From Snowella sp. (lineage in GTDB: Bacteria > Cyanobacteriota > Cyanobacteriia > Cyanobacteriales > Microcystaceae): 64,000 nucleotides of DNA. The notes under the pieces are model-generated. The model did not search any database and had not been told where the DNA came from. It was given only the letters and a program-made list of their open reading frames with translations. Each line of letters starts with the position of its first letter. Position 1 is the stretch's first letter. Below, one piece after another: positions 18,767 through 29,071 of this stretch. The stretch spans positions 32,001 through 96,000 of the forward strand of contig JAYKGY010000128.1 of NCBI GenBank assembly GCA_035285545.1, read 5' to 3'. The position numbers and the translations under genes were made by a program.

Positions 18767-21025
18767 ATGACTGAAACCCTTGAATTTGAAGGCAGAAAAT
18801 TTCTTCCCTTAGATAGTTTACCCACCAGCGAATGGTTATGTCCCATTAATCATCAACATCCTGTCCCCACATTGACTCTCAAAAATGATGATATTTTCTT
18901 AATTACCGATACTTTAGGCAATATCGAACATACGGATTGTACGACGAATAGTGTCGTTAAGAGTATGGGGTTATTTTGTCGAGATACCCGCTATTTAAAT
19001 CATTTAACGCTATTGATTGATAAACAAGCCCCAATCCTTCTCAGTAGCACCGCCCAAAAAGGTTTTTTTCTCTCCATCCTCGCGGCTAACCCTGGCTTAG
19101 TTGATCCAAATTCGGGCAGAACTATCGATGCAGAAACCATTGGCATTCAACGAGAAATTAGTATTAAAGGCGATTTATTTGAAGAAATTACCCTCGATAA
19201 TTACAATACCTTTCCGGTTGACTTCACCATTAGTTTAAGCTTTGGTGCCGACTTTTTAGATATTTTTGATGTTCGCGGTTATGCACGGGAAAAACGGGGC
19301 AATCTTCTCCAGTTCTCTGGTTATTATCGGAATGAATTAAAGCAAGCTGACAATCACCCTAACCCTGAAATTATCCTCGCCTATCAAGGACAAGATGGCG
19401 TAATTCTGGAATCCCGTATCCAGTTTCACCCATTAACACCGGATGAAGTCCAACACTATACCGCGATTTGGCATGTGCATTTAGAAGGCCGAGAACGCAA
19501 ATGTCTGGGTTATAAAATCCAACTTTATAACAATAATCGTCCTGCTTCGCTGGATAACGTGCCCATTACCTTAATGCAAGCCAAAGCCTCTGAAATCTTA
19601 GAATCGAAGGCTTGGATGGAGCAAATTACTAAAATTGAATCTGACAATAAAGCCCTGAATCGTATTATCCAACAGGCTGAGCAGGATATTTATCTGCTAC
19701 GACAAACTATCGAAGGGCGAAAGGTTCTCTCCGCTGGGGTTCCCTGGTTTTCAACCCTCTTTGGGCGGGACTCCATTATCGCTGCGTCCCAAACCTTGCT
19801 TTTAGATCCGTCCATTGCCCGCGATACGCTCTACGTTTTGGCACAATTCCAAGGGAAAACGAATAATGACTGGCGAGAAGAAGAACCAGGCAAAATTCTC
19901 CATGAAATTCGCTTTGGGGAGATGGCCCGCTGTAATGAAATCCCCCATACGCCTTATTACGGAACCATTGATGCGACTCCGCTTTGGTTGATGCTTTATG
20001 CGGAATATTATGCCTGGACGGGTGATGAGGAAACTTTAAATGCGCTTTGGGATAATGCCTTAGCTGCGATGGATTGGTGCGATCGCAATCTTAAAGAAAC
20101 GGGTTATCTCCGCTATTTTTCTCGCTCCTATCGAGGGTTAACGAATCAGGGTTGGAAGGATTCGGGCAATTGTATTGTGGATAGTAAGGGAGAATTAGCC
20201 AAGGGCGCGATCGCGTTGGTAGAAGTCCAAGGCTATGTCTATGCGGCCAAAATTCGCCTAGCAGAAATTGCCAGTTCCAAAAAACTCTATGAATTAGCCG
20301 AAACCTGGCAACAATCGGCCAGAGAACTCAAAACCCGCTTTAACCGAGATTTTTGGTTAGCGGAAGAAGGCTTCTGTGCCTTGGGGTTAGATGGAGAAGG
20401 CAAACCCATTGATAGTATTACCTCGAATCCGGGGCATTGCCTCCATTTAGGCATTTTAGACATTGAAAAGGCCTATAGTGTGGCGGATCGTCTCAAAGCT
20501 CCCGATATGTTTAGTGGCTGGGGAATTCGCACCCTAAGTAACTATAATCCCGCCTATAATCCCATGGGCTATCATATCGGCTCGGTGTGGCCCCATGATA
20601 ATGGCATGATTGCTCAAGGGCTACGTTCTCTCGGTTTTGTTGATCAACCCTTAGAAATTGCCCAGGGGATCTTTGATATGACCATGACCCAACCCTATCA
20701 GCGTCCCCCCGAATTGTTCTGTGGCCATGAACGTAGCGAAGATAGCTTACCCATTCAATATCCAGTCGCTTGTTCTCCCCAAGCCTGGGCCAGTGGTACT
20801 ATTTTCCAGTTTCTGACGATGATGATGAACTTAGTGCCCGATGCCCAGGGAAATTACCTGAGAATTATTGATCCGACAATCTTACCCTCCATGAATCAGT
20901 TATCTATCCAAAATCTACGAGTGGGTAAGACCCTTTTAGATCTGGAATTTGAACGATCCAATGGGGCTGTCGGCTGTCGGGTCACAAAAAAACGAGGTAA
21001 TCTGCGGGTTGTCATCGAGGCTTAA
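18767..21025 (+). CDS. Amylo-alpha-1,6-glucosidase / glycogen debranching-type glycoside hydrolase
   Basis: AGVPWFSTLFGRDS, EEPGKILHE, NQGWKDS, YHIGSVWPHDN, ACSPQAW motifs. Confidence 0.92.
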   Translation: MTETLEFEGRKFLPLDSLPTSEWLCPINHQHPVPTLTLKNDDIFLITDTLGNIEHTDCTTNSVVKSMGLFCRDTRYLNHLTLLIDKQAPILLSSTAQKGFFLSILAANPGLVDPNSGRTIDAETIGIQREISIKGDLFEEITLDNYNTFPVDFTISLSFGADFLDIFDVRGYAREKRGNLLQFSGYYRNELKQADNHPNPEIILAYQGQDGVILESRIQFHPLTPDEVQHYTAIWHVHLEGRERKCLGYKIQLYNNNRPASLDNVPITLMQAKASEILESKAWMEQITKIESDNKALNRIIQQAEQDIYLLRQTIEGRKVLSAGVPWFSTLFGRDSIIAASQTLLLDPSIARDTLYVLAQFQGKTNNDWREEEPGKILHEIRFGEMARCNEIPHTPYYGTIDATPLWLMLYAEYYAWTGDEETLNALWDNALAAMDWCDRNLKETGYLRYFSRSYRGLTNQGWKDSGNCIVDSKGELAKGAIALVEVQGYVYAAKIRLAEIASSKKLYELAETWQQSARELKTRFNRDFWLAEEGFCALGLDGEGKPIDSITSNPGHCLHLGILDIEKAYSVADRLKAPDMFSGWGIRTLSNYNPAYNPMGYHIGSVWPHDNGMIAQGLRSLGFVDQPLEIAQGIFDMTMTQPYQRPPELFCGHERSEDSLPIQYPVACSPQAWASGTIFQFLTMMMNLVPDAQGNYLRIIDPTILPSMNQLSIQNLRVGKTLLDLEFERSNGAVGCRVTKKRGNLRVVIEA

Positions 21026-21619
21026 GATTTTGGGCGTTAAACTCTCCTTTGTCTAACGCCTCATTTAGACGTAAACGATTAGCCAACCTCATCAAAATTA
21101 CAAGTATGAAAAAATAAAATAATCATTAGGGTTATTGATAGATTGAGCGAAAAAACAAAAAACAATAGTTTTGATGAATTCAAACATTAATCTACATAAG
21201 TAGAAATAGGCTAAAAAGCAGAGTAAAAAAAGAGCAATTTAAGGATGTTTAGGTTGCCAGTTAATTCTCTTCAATTCAATTGAATCCCAAGATTATAGAA
21301 ATCAATAAATTATCAATAGATGGAAATAAGTGCTTATAAAAACCCAAAGAGCTTAGATAATTACCACCAAAAAGTGCTAGGATTTTTCAGGACTAAATCC
21401 TGTTATTGATTGTACATGAGTATTTAAAAAGGGGTCAAATCATTGAAAACTCGTCAGAAAGATAAATTCGTTTTAAAATCAATTCTACTGGGGATCATTT
21501 GGAATTAAGCAGATAAAATTTTGTGCTCGCGATGGCAGAATTGAAAGGATGCGAATGAAATAATGTTACGCTGTTATTCAGATTGATCCCTTATTGAACC
21601 AATTTCTCTGCTAACTTTT

Positions 21620-23338
21620 GTGAGCGATCGCCCTATCCGCCTGATTTTGATTGATGAAGACCCGATCTTTCGATTAGGGTTAGTGACAGCGTTAATTTCT
21701 GCCAATCATTTTCAAGTATTAGCCCAAGTCGAATCTCCTCAATCAGCGATCGCGGCTTTAAATCAATCCCAACCCGATATTGTGATCCTTGATCCCCTGT
21801 CTTTAGAAAATGCTAATCAAGGCTGGGAACTCTGTCGCCGCATTCAACAAAATTATCCTGCCGTTAAAATTTGTCTGTTAACCGCAACCTTAGAATACAG
21901 CAAATTAATTCAAGCCAAAAAACAGGGCGTAGAAGCTTATTTTCCCAAGGGAACTCCCTTAAATCAACTCCTAGAAGGACTACAACAAATTGCTGACAAC
22001 CAAATCTGTTGGTCAGACCTGTCTTTTTTCCGAAGCTATATCAAATTAAATCGACAAAATCGCTGGCTTTTAAATTCTTTTCAATCAGGGTTATCCCAGA
22101 TCGAGAACAGTTTAAATAATCTCAGTGGGCAACTTCAAAACCCTCGTTTATCTGCCTTCGATGAATTGTTTTTAGAGGGACAAAAGCGGGAACTATTAAC
22201 CGCCCGATGGTTAGTCAAACGCTTAATGCCGAAAAAATTGAAAATGATGTCTCAATTATTGGCTGAAGAAAACCCCTCTGCTAATTTGTCGAATTCGGTT
22301 AACCTACCCGTTGTTTCTCCCGCCGCTGACCTTATTAGCGTGGATGTCCCTACGGGAATTAGTAGCACTTCCAATATTTTTGCTACTACCCTCATTAAAT
22401 TACAAGCCAGCGTTAGTAATCTAACCGACGTTCCCTTAGAGTTAGATATTTTAAAAATTGATCGAAAACAAGAACTTTTAATTTTAGTCTTAAATCAATT
22501 CCAGCATCTTTTAAATGAATTAAAAACCTTGGAAGTAACCCGCGAGCAACTACCTGAGGACACGAGTTTAATTTTAGTAGAAATTTGGCAATCGGTAACT
22601 CTAACATTTTTTGGTAAATATTGTTCACCAAAAGACAATTTTAAGATTGATAAAATTCAAGATTTTTTAAATAGTTATCGAAACTTGATTCAAGCAGAAT
22701 CCCTAAGTAAAATTCCGTTTACAAAAGAGCTATTATCTTACTTCTTATTCGCTGAAAATTTGGTTGTTGATGAAGTTTCCTATCGCTCTGAATCACCTGA
22801 AGCAGGGGAAAGGGCCGAGATTTACCTACAAAATTTGATTATTCAAGTAGCCAATAGCGTAATGGTGTTTATCCTGAACTATTTTTCAGAAAATGAAGAA
22901 ATTAAGCAAGCTCTTTACCAAGAAAAAATGTTGTCCTCTAGGGAAATCGCTAAGTTTCGGAATGATTTGGCCTGGCGTTATCAATTAAGCAAATATTGGT
23001 TAGAACCCGAAAATATTTTTGAAAGTCAATATTCTTTGTTTTATTTCACCTTACAAGGTATCAAACTGACTCAGGTTTATTTCCCCCGTCAAGCAGAGTT
23101 AACTCGACTCGAAGGCTTACCTCTAGCAACCACCATTATTTTAGAACTGCGGGATGCCCTATCCCCCCGTCTGCGATCGCTGGTAACTTTTACGGGGAAT
23201 GGCTTAGTGTTCGTTTTAACTCAGGTCATTGGCCGAGCCATTGGTTTAGTGGTGCGTGGCATCTTACAAGGAGTGGGCACCACTTGGCAGGAGACCCGCT
23301 ACAGCCGAAAACGCAGTCGAGAAAACTCCAATTTTTAA
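21620..23338 (+). CDS. ycf55: Ycf55 response-regulator-like protein (REC + DUF3685)
   Basis: N-terminal receiver domain; C-terminal SSREIAKFRN and LTQVIGRAIGLV motifs. Confidence 0.85.
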   Translation: MSDRPIRLILIDEDPIFRLGLVTALISANHFQVLAQVESPQSAIAALNQSQPDIVILDPLSLENANQGWELCRRIQQNYPAVKICLLTATLEYSKLIQAKKQGVEAYFPKGTPLNQLLEGLQQIADNQICWSDLSFFRSYIKLNRQNRWLLNSFQSGLSQIENSLNNLSGQLQNPRLSAFDELFLEGQKRELLTARWLVKRLMPKKLKMMSQLLAEENPSANLSNSVNLPVVSPAADLISVDVPTGISSTSNIFATTLIKLQASVSNLTDVPLELDILKIDRKQELLILVLNQFQHLLNELKTLEVTREQLPEDTSLILVEIWQSVTLTFFGKYCSPKDNFKIDKIQDFLNSYRNLIQAESLSKIPFTKELLSYFLFAENLVVDEVSYRSESPEAGERAEIYLQNLIIQVANSVMVFILNYFSENEEIKQALYQEKMLSSREIAKFRNDLAWRYQLSKYWLEPENIFESQYSLFYFTLQGIKLTQVYFPRQAELTRLEGLPLATTIILELRDALSPRLRSLVTFTGNGLVFVLTQVIGRAIGLVVRGILQGVGTTWQETRYSRKRSRENSNF

Positions 23339-23580
23339 GAAGCTGTGACTTGGCTCTCACTTCCCAAAACTTCAATATATTGAGTTTCCATTAAAAACAT
23401 TCCTCGCTCAAAGCGAACCCCCCAGTAGCCCCCTGGCCGACGATCCATCACAACCCCTTCAGCCCCCAATTCTAAAAGGTCAGCCGGTCGTAACATCGGC
23501 ATGGGAGTAGCCGTTTTTAAATAGGGCGGATGGCTCACTAAACGAACTTTACTTCCAACGGTAATTTCTTGAGTATTCAT
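23335..23580 (-). CDS. sipA: SipA (NblS/Hik33-interacting protein, DUF3148)
   Basis: PPYLKTATPMPMLRP and RRPGGYWGVRF motifs. Confidence 0.9.
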   Translation of the reverse strand: MNTQEITVGSKVRLVSHPPYLKTATPMPMLRPADLLELGAEGVVMDRRPGGYWGVRFERGMFLMETQYIEVLGSESQVTAS

Positions 23581-23582
23581 TA

Positions 23583-23849
23583 TTAAATCACTGCCTCATC
23601 TTCTGCAATCGTTAACTTGCGAGGGCAAGCTTTTTCGATGACATAACTAATGCCTTGCGCTCCTTCTTCTCGTAGATCTTGAAGATAGTCACCATGATAA
23701 CTTTCGGCTTCTTGAACCGAATCAAACGGCCCAAAATAGTAGGTGCAAATGGGAACTTGGGTTTCAACCTTAACCCACCATTTTTGCTTGTTATTCAAGA
23801 AAAGACTAACCAGAACGAGGTAAATTAAAAACAAAACAAAGCTAAACAT
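23583..23849 (-). CDS. DUF1816-family protein
   Basis: WWVKVETQVPICTYYFGPF, YLQDLREEGAQGI motifs. Confidence 0.88.
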   Translation of the reverse strand: MFSFVLFLIYLVLVSLFLNNKQKWWVKVETQVPICTYYFGPFDSVQEAESYHGDYLQDLREEGAQGISYVIEKACPRKLTIAEDEAVI

Positions 23850-24019
23850 ATTGGCTCAACTGGATTAAATGAGTTTTCTTAAACGGAATTAAACCCAAAC
23901 AGGTTCAGTCAAGATAAACTTAACTGCTTGGTTTAGCTACTTTTAAATGGTTATGATTGTGTCATATTTTGCTTGTTTTATCCATAAACGTCATCTATTC
24001 GGTGTTTATTCGCAAAAAA

Positions 24020-25417
24020 TTAATCAGCCTCTCCACCAATCACCACGTCACGAATCCGTAAACTGGGGCCACCACACCCCACCGCTAAACCGCTTTGTCC
24101 ACCTTTGCCACAGCCTCCTGATTCATCCCAATAAAAATCGTCTCCGATTCCTTCAATATTAGCTAAAGTCTTGAAAACGTTACCCGATAAAGTCACATCT
24201 CGGACAGGTTCGGCCAATTCTCCATTGCGAATCATCCAGGCTTCCCCTGCACTAAAGGTAAACATTTCGCCGTTGGTCATGCCGCCTAACCAATTTTTGG
24301 CATAAACCCCTTCCGTGATGCCATTAAATAAATCGGGAACTGCTGTTTTCCCCCGTTCGATCCAAGTGTTGGTCATACGGACGATGGGAGGATAGTGATA
24401 GTTCAAACAGCGAGCGTTTCCGGTGGCCGTTTCCCCTAATTTGCCGGCGGTTTCCCGTGAGTGCAGCCGTCCGACTAAAACCCCGTCTTTAATTAATTGG
24501 GTAGTTGTGGCAGGAACCCCTTCATCGTCGTAGAAGTAACTGCCTCGGTGGCCGATTGGGGCGGCTCCGTCAAGGATTTGTAATTCGTCGGGGCCAAAGC
24601 GTTTTCCCATACTCATGACTTCGAGGAGGTCAGGGTTTTCGTAGAGCATATCGGCTTCGGAAAGATGGCCAAAGGCTTCATGAACAAAGAGACCTGTCAA
24701 AATCGGATCAATCACAATGGTGTAGGTATTACCTTTAACGGTGGGTAAGGTAAGGGCAGTAACGGCGCGTTGGGCAGCCCCTAAAACCTGTTCATCCAAG
24801 TTGCTTAGGTCTTCGTAGCCTTTGCGAGAGCCAGTGGTTTCTCGTCCAGTTTGTAAAATTTCTCCGTCTCTGGCAGTGGCCGAAAAGCGCATTTCAATGT
24901 CACACCAGGATTGTTCAATGAAGGTTCCTTCTGAGGTGGCGAGTAAGATCCGTTGGGTGGTGTCTCCGTAACGCACAGAGGTGGTGGTAATTTTGGGGCT
25001 AGCACTGCGTAGTATTTCGTTGTAGCGATCGCAGAGAGCCTTCTTTTGGCTCAAAGGGATATGGCGGGGATCGGTGCCGGTGAGGGGTAATTGGCAAATG
25101 GTTTGAATGGGATCAACGGGCGCGAGGATCGTTTCTTCTTCCCCAATTAATTTCGCCGCGGCGATCGCTTCTTCAATCCGTTCCGCTAGGGTAGAAAGCC
25201 GATTAAAGGTAGCAAATCCCCAACCCCCATTATGACAAGCTCGAACTTGACCCCCGATGGCAATGCCTTCACTCAGGGTTTCAATTTTTTCACTCCGCAA
25301 CAAAATATTGGTTCCTTCCGATTGTTCGAGGCGAATAGCTAGGTAATCGACGCGATCGCGATACCGTTGCATAAGGTCACTTAACTGATTTTTGATCGGG
25401 GCGAAGGAGTCCGTCAT
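24020..25417 (-). CDS. tldD: TldD/PmbA-family metalloprotease
   Basis: HEAFGHLSEAD, YDDEG, RMTNT, GCGKGGQ motifs. Confidence 0.93.
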   Translation of the reverse strand: MTDSFAPIKNQLSDLMQRYRDRVDYLAIRLEQSEGTNILLRSEKIETLSEGIAIGGQVRACHNGGWGFATFNRLSTLAERIEEAIAAAKLIGEEETILAPVDPIQTICQLPLTGTDPRHIPLSQKKALCDRYNEILRSASPKITTTSVRYGDTTQRILLATSEGTFIEQSWCDIEMRFSATARDGEILQTGRETTGSRKGYEDLSNLDEQVLGAAQRAVTALTLPTVKGNTYTIVIDPILTGLFVHEAFGHLSEADMLYENPDLLEVMSMGKRFGPDELQILDGAAPIGHRGSYFYDDEGVPATTTQLIKDGVLVGRLHSRETAGKLGETATGNARCLNYHYPPIVRMTNTWIERGKTAVPDLFNGITEGVYAKNWLGGMTNGEMFTFSAGEAWMIRNGELAEPVRDVTLSGNVFKTLANIEGIGDDFYWDESGGCGKGGQSGLAVGCGGPSLRIRDVVIGGEAD

Positions 25418-25555
25418 GATCGCAGCCTATGAGATAAACATCGTGTTTGGTTTTATTATCCTGGATTTTTCTAAGAAATTAACGACAGATTATTCTTGCA
25501 GATCTAACTTGCTGATGTTCCGAAAAAAAATGCTTAATCTAAGAATGATAATGGT

Positions 25556-26902
25556 ATGATTCAAGCAAGAGTAATCCCCGTCATTGAATCCTCATTTTTC
25601 TATTTAAACTACGCATCATTTTTACGATCTGTGCCAAAATTCCAATGCAAACAATGTGGTAAGCAGTTTAGCCTATCCATTCGTCCCCAAAGTTGTCAAT
25701 ATTGCGGTAGTGCTAACCTCATCGCCAAAAGTCGGCAGTCCGCAGGGGCTAACTTTCTGATTAATGCGGCGGCTCCTTCTAAGGCTTCTTCACGAAAGTC
25801 TAAAATGTCTTCGTTTGCTCCCGTCAACAAATTCACCTCAAATATTGAATCACCTACTAGCGAAAATCCGACCTCCAAGCCTTTTTTATTGAGTCAGCCC
25901 CTGGTGGATAAATCTTCTCTGCGGCCACCGTCAGGCATTTTTGGTGATTTAATTGATCCCGTTCAAATTCTGATTCAAATGGGTTTGATTATTCTGACAA
26001 TTGCTGGTTTAGGAGGGAGTTTATATTGGCTAGGAAATTTAAAATACGATACCACTGCTTTTCAAAAAGTTGCCCTTGACGGAAACTTTAAACTTCCTAA
26101 AAAATGGCGATTAAATCAAGGCGCAAAAATTGATCAAGAAAAATTAATTCATGCCCATTCAGTAAATCAAGCTAACTATGTTTCTGTTTTAAAGGAACAG
26201 CTTTTTGGGGATGCAGATATCACGGTAGAAACGAATCTCACTCAACCTAGTTCAGATTTATCCTTTGGCATTGCGGCGAAGATCAACGGTAAAAACAATC
26301 AAAATTTTTATTACCTATTGGTGCAACCGGATGGTTCTTTTGCAATGGGTAAACGGAATCAAGAAAATTGGGATAATAAGGTTAATTGGCGAAAAAGTTC
26401 CGCGATCGCGCTAGGAGAAGCCCCGAATTTACTCAGAATTGTGTGTAAAGATAACTTAGTGATTGGATTTATCAACAATCAACGGGTAGCTAGCTTTGAA
26501 GATGACCAATATTCATCGGGACAAGTGGGATTAATTTCCTATCAAACCGGAGGCTCAGAGAGTACAGTTCGCTTTAACAAGTTATTAATTAAAGAAAAAG
26601 AAATTACCGAAAATGAAGCACAACCGTCTCCCCAGGAAGCGATTCAAAAATATTACAAAAAATTAGCAAACAGTGATGAACACAAATCCTTTAATTTTGT
26701 TGACCAAACTAAAATTGATTTTCAAGAAATCCTAGAAAAAACGGTAAATACCGCAAAAGTTAAAGTCGGGTTACGCTATAGCCTGAAAAATGGCACCAAG
26801 ATTTGTGAAAGTCGTGTGATGTCCTTAGTTTTTGATCCTAAGATTTATCAATGGAAAATCGAAAAATCCGAAGACATCCGCTCCCAGCCCACTTGTCCCT
26901 AA
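25556..26902 (+). CDS. Membrane-anchored protein: Zn-ribbon, TM helix, DUF1080/lectin-like domain
   Basis: CKQC...CQYC, one hydrophobic helix, beta-rich region with FYYLLV and GQVGL; start may be GTG 25631. Confidence 0.6.
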   Translation: MIQARVIPVIESSFFYLNYASFLRSVPKFQCKQCGKQFSLSIRPQSCQYCGSANLIAKSRQSAGANFLINAAAPSKASSRKSKMSSFAPVNKFTSNIESPTSENPTSKPFLLSQPLVDKSSLRPPSGIFGDLIDPVQILIQMGLIILTIAGLGGSLYWLGNLKYDTTAFQKVALDGNFKLPKKWRLNQGAKIDQEKLIHAHSVNQANYVSVLKEQLFGDADITVETNLTQPSSDLSFGIAAKINGKNNQNFYYLLVQPDGSFAMGKRNQENWDNKVNWRKSSAIALGEAPNLLRIVCKDNLVIGFINNQRVASFEDDQYSSGQVGLISYQTGGSESTVRFNKLLIKEKEITENEAQPSPQEAIQKYYKKLANSDEHKSFNFVDQTKIDFQEILEKTVNTAKVKVGLRYSLKNGTKICESRVMSLVFDPKIYQWKIEKSEDIRSQPTCP

Positions 26903-27005
26903 AACAGCCTAATCAAAACTATCCCGGCTTTAATCCTGATTGCTATATTCTGTTTCTACAGCGATTGATCCGTAATCACAACGCAATTTTTTGTATAACG
27001 CTGAT

Positions 27006-28061
27006 TTAAAACTCATCACAAACGACCTGATTCTTTCCTTGCGCGATCGCCTGTTTGAGGGACTGTTCGGCGACATTGATCAAGGTTTCCGGCGGAATGG
27101 CTGGACTCGGAATAGCGGTAGCAATGCCAAAGCTCAAGGTCATCAAATTTTGTTCTGCATCAAAAATATTTAAATTCTGAATGCCTAAACGAATATTCTC
27201 AACAATACACAGCGCACCTTCCTGGGGCGTATGGGGTAACAAAACCGCAAAAGTATCCTGACTATAGGAAGCCACCACATCGGCAGACCGCTTCACCTGA
27301 TGACGAATGAGGTTAGCAATTTGTTTGGTGTAATCTTGCATAACACTGTTGCCATGATGGTTCCCCAAACCAGAAAAGTCATTAATACAGCAAAGAATCA
27401 AAGACAGTTGGGATTGGGTACTATCTCCCCAAAGAATACGCCCTCGTGCAGAACTGCCCCATTCCCGTTTTAAATCTTTTTCGAGGCGGGGTCGATTAGC
27501 CAAACCAGTGTGGGGATCGATATAGGCAACTTCAGCTAATTCAAAATTGACTCTTTGTAGCGAAGATTCGATTTTATTAAATTCCTGGGTAATTTCCCGC
27601 AAATGATCATTCTGGGCATCCAGTTGCTTTTGCATTTGTGCGATTTTGAGTTGGTGGTTAATGCGCGCGATCGCCACCTTGGGATGAAAGGGAGCTACCA
27701 GATAATCTGTCCCCACCGTATCTAAAATTAAGGAGAGGTCAACATGTTCAGGATTACAACAGAGAAAAATGAGCGGCGTTTTTTCTAAAACCTTAATCTG
27801 TATTAACTGTTGATAGGTTTGGATTGCCTCTGTTGAAATATCGTGACGCAATAAGATCAAGTCAGGCGGGTTAGTTGTGACCGAATCAGCAATCCCATTA
27901 TTCCATTTGATTTGACTGATGGCATAGCCATTTAGCGTTAATTCATCTAATAAAAGGGCGATTTCGTCGGAAGATTCCCCAATAAAAAGGATAGTACTTG
28001 AGAGGCTATTACTCAGATCTAAAGTTGACGGCATAACAAGAATTCCCCCTGATGATGACAA
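27006..28061 (-). CDS. Pseudo-receiver + degenerate GGDEF protein
   Basis: PPDLILL receiver remnant; DPHTGLANR; GGDEF replaced by SQDTF; RxxD (RSAD) retained; AIAQGKNQV. Confidence 0.85.
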   Translation of the reverse strand: MSSSGGILVMPSTLDLSNSLSSTILFIGESSDEIALLLDELTLNGYAISQIKWNNGIADSVTTNPPDLILLRHDISTEAIQTYQQLIQIKVLEKTPLIFLCCNPEHVDLSLILDTVGTDYLVAPFHPKVAIARINHQLKIAQMQKQLDAQNDHLREITQEFNKIESSLQRVNFELAEVAYIDPHTGLANRPRLEKDLKREWGSSARGRILWGDSTQSQLSLILCCINDFSGLGNHHGNSVMQDYTKQIANLIRHQVKRSADVVASYSQDTFAVLLPHTPQEGALCIVENIRLGIQNLNIFDAEQNLMTLSFGIATAIPSPAIPPETLINVAEQSLKQAIAQGKNQVVCDEF

Positions 28062-28094
28062 GCATAAGCCTAAAAACAGTAAAAATTGAGGATT

Positions 28095-28973
28095 CTAAGC
28101 GCGATTTTTTTTACGATTACGGGGATTGAGAACTTCACTTAAGCCTTCCCCAATGAAAGATAGTCCAACCACCATCGTTGTTAATGCCAAGCCTGGATAG
28201 AGGGTTGTCCACCAAATCCCCACCGACAGATCCGCCAACGCTTCTTTCAAATCGTGTCCCCATTCGGGAACTTCTTCAGGAAGTCCTAAGCCGAGAAAGC
28301 CCAAACCGCCTAATACGAGGATTGCATCGGCGGCATTCAGGGTAAACAGGACAGGGACACTTTGGATAACGTTCAAAAATAGGTATTTGGATAAAACCCT
28401 TGTTGGGGTTGCGCCCATTGCTTTAGCGGCTTCCACAAACAGTTCGTTTTTAACGCTCGTGGTATGGTTGCGAACGAGGCGATAGTATTGGGGAATATAG
28501 GAAATACTAACCGCGATCGCGACGTTAAGGATTCCTCGACCGAGAATAAACGCTAAAGTAATCGAGAGCAGTAGCCCTGGTAGGGTATAGATCGTATCCA
28601 TAATAAAAAGTAGAAATTTATCTACTTTCCCGCCTAAATAACCACTAATTAGTCCCAAGGGAACCCCAATGAAGACCGATAGGGTCGTAGCGAGGATAAC
28701 CACCTGTAAAGCGGCTTGGGAACCAAACAGGGTACGGGAAAAAACATCGTAACCCCGCACATTTGTCCCAAACCAATGGCTCCAACTGGGAGCTTCTAAG
28801 GGCAAGCTGTTGAGTAAGTCCGTAGGATCTTGTAATAACCCAACCGCTTGTAAAAGGGGAGCAAAAATTGCAATTAAGATAAAAATAGCCGTAATAACCA
28901 GCCCCACTACCATCAATTGCAGGGATAAATTGGGACGCAGCGATCGCACAAAAGGAAGTTTAACAGTGGTCAT
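28095..28973 (-). CDS. Oligopeptide/dipeptide ABC transporter permease (DppC/OppC-like)
   Basis: HWFGT..GYDVFSR, FVEAAKAMGA (EAA loop), LGFLGLG..PEWG. Confidence 0.92.
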   Translation of the reverse strand: MTTVKLPFVRSLRPNLSLQLMVVGLVITAIFILIAIFAPLLQAVGLLQDPTDLLNSLPLEAPSWSHWFGTNVRGYDVFSRTLFGSQAALQVVILATTLSVFIGVPLGLISGYLGGKVDKFLLFIMDTIYTLPGLLLSITLAFILGRGILNVAIAVSISYIPQYYRLVRNHTTSVKNELFVEAAKAMGATPTRVLSKYLFLNVIQSVPVLFTLNAADAILVLGGLGFLGLGLPEEVPEWGHDLKEALADLSVGIWWTTLYPGLALTTMVVGLSFIGEGLSEVLNPRNRKKNRA

Positions 28974-29071
28974 AGGCGGTTATAGAGCTTAATTTCAATA
29001 GATTACGACCTAATCGCTTTCCTATCAAGTCAAAAATACAGGTTTGTAAGAAAAATTTGTTGTTCGTAAAA

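Noticed and set aside
21026..21619. Long AT-rich intergenic region as possible ncRNA or mobile element
   Set aside because: Apart from a likely terminator hairpin near 21033-21061, I could not support any repeat, ORF or structure.
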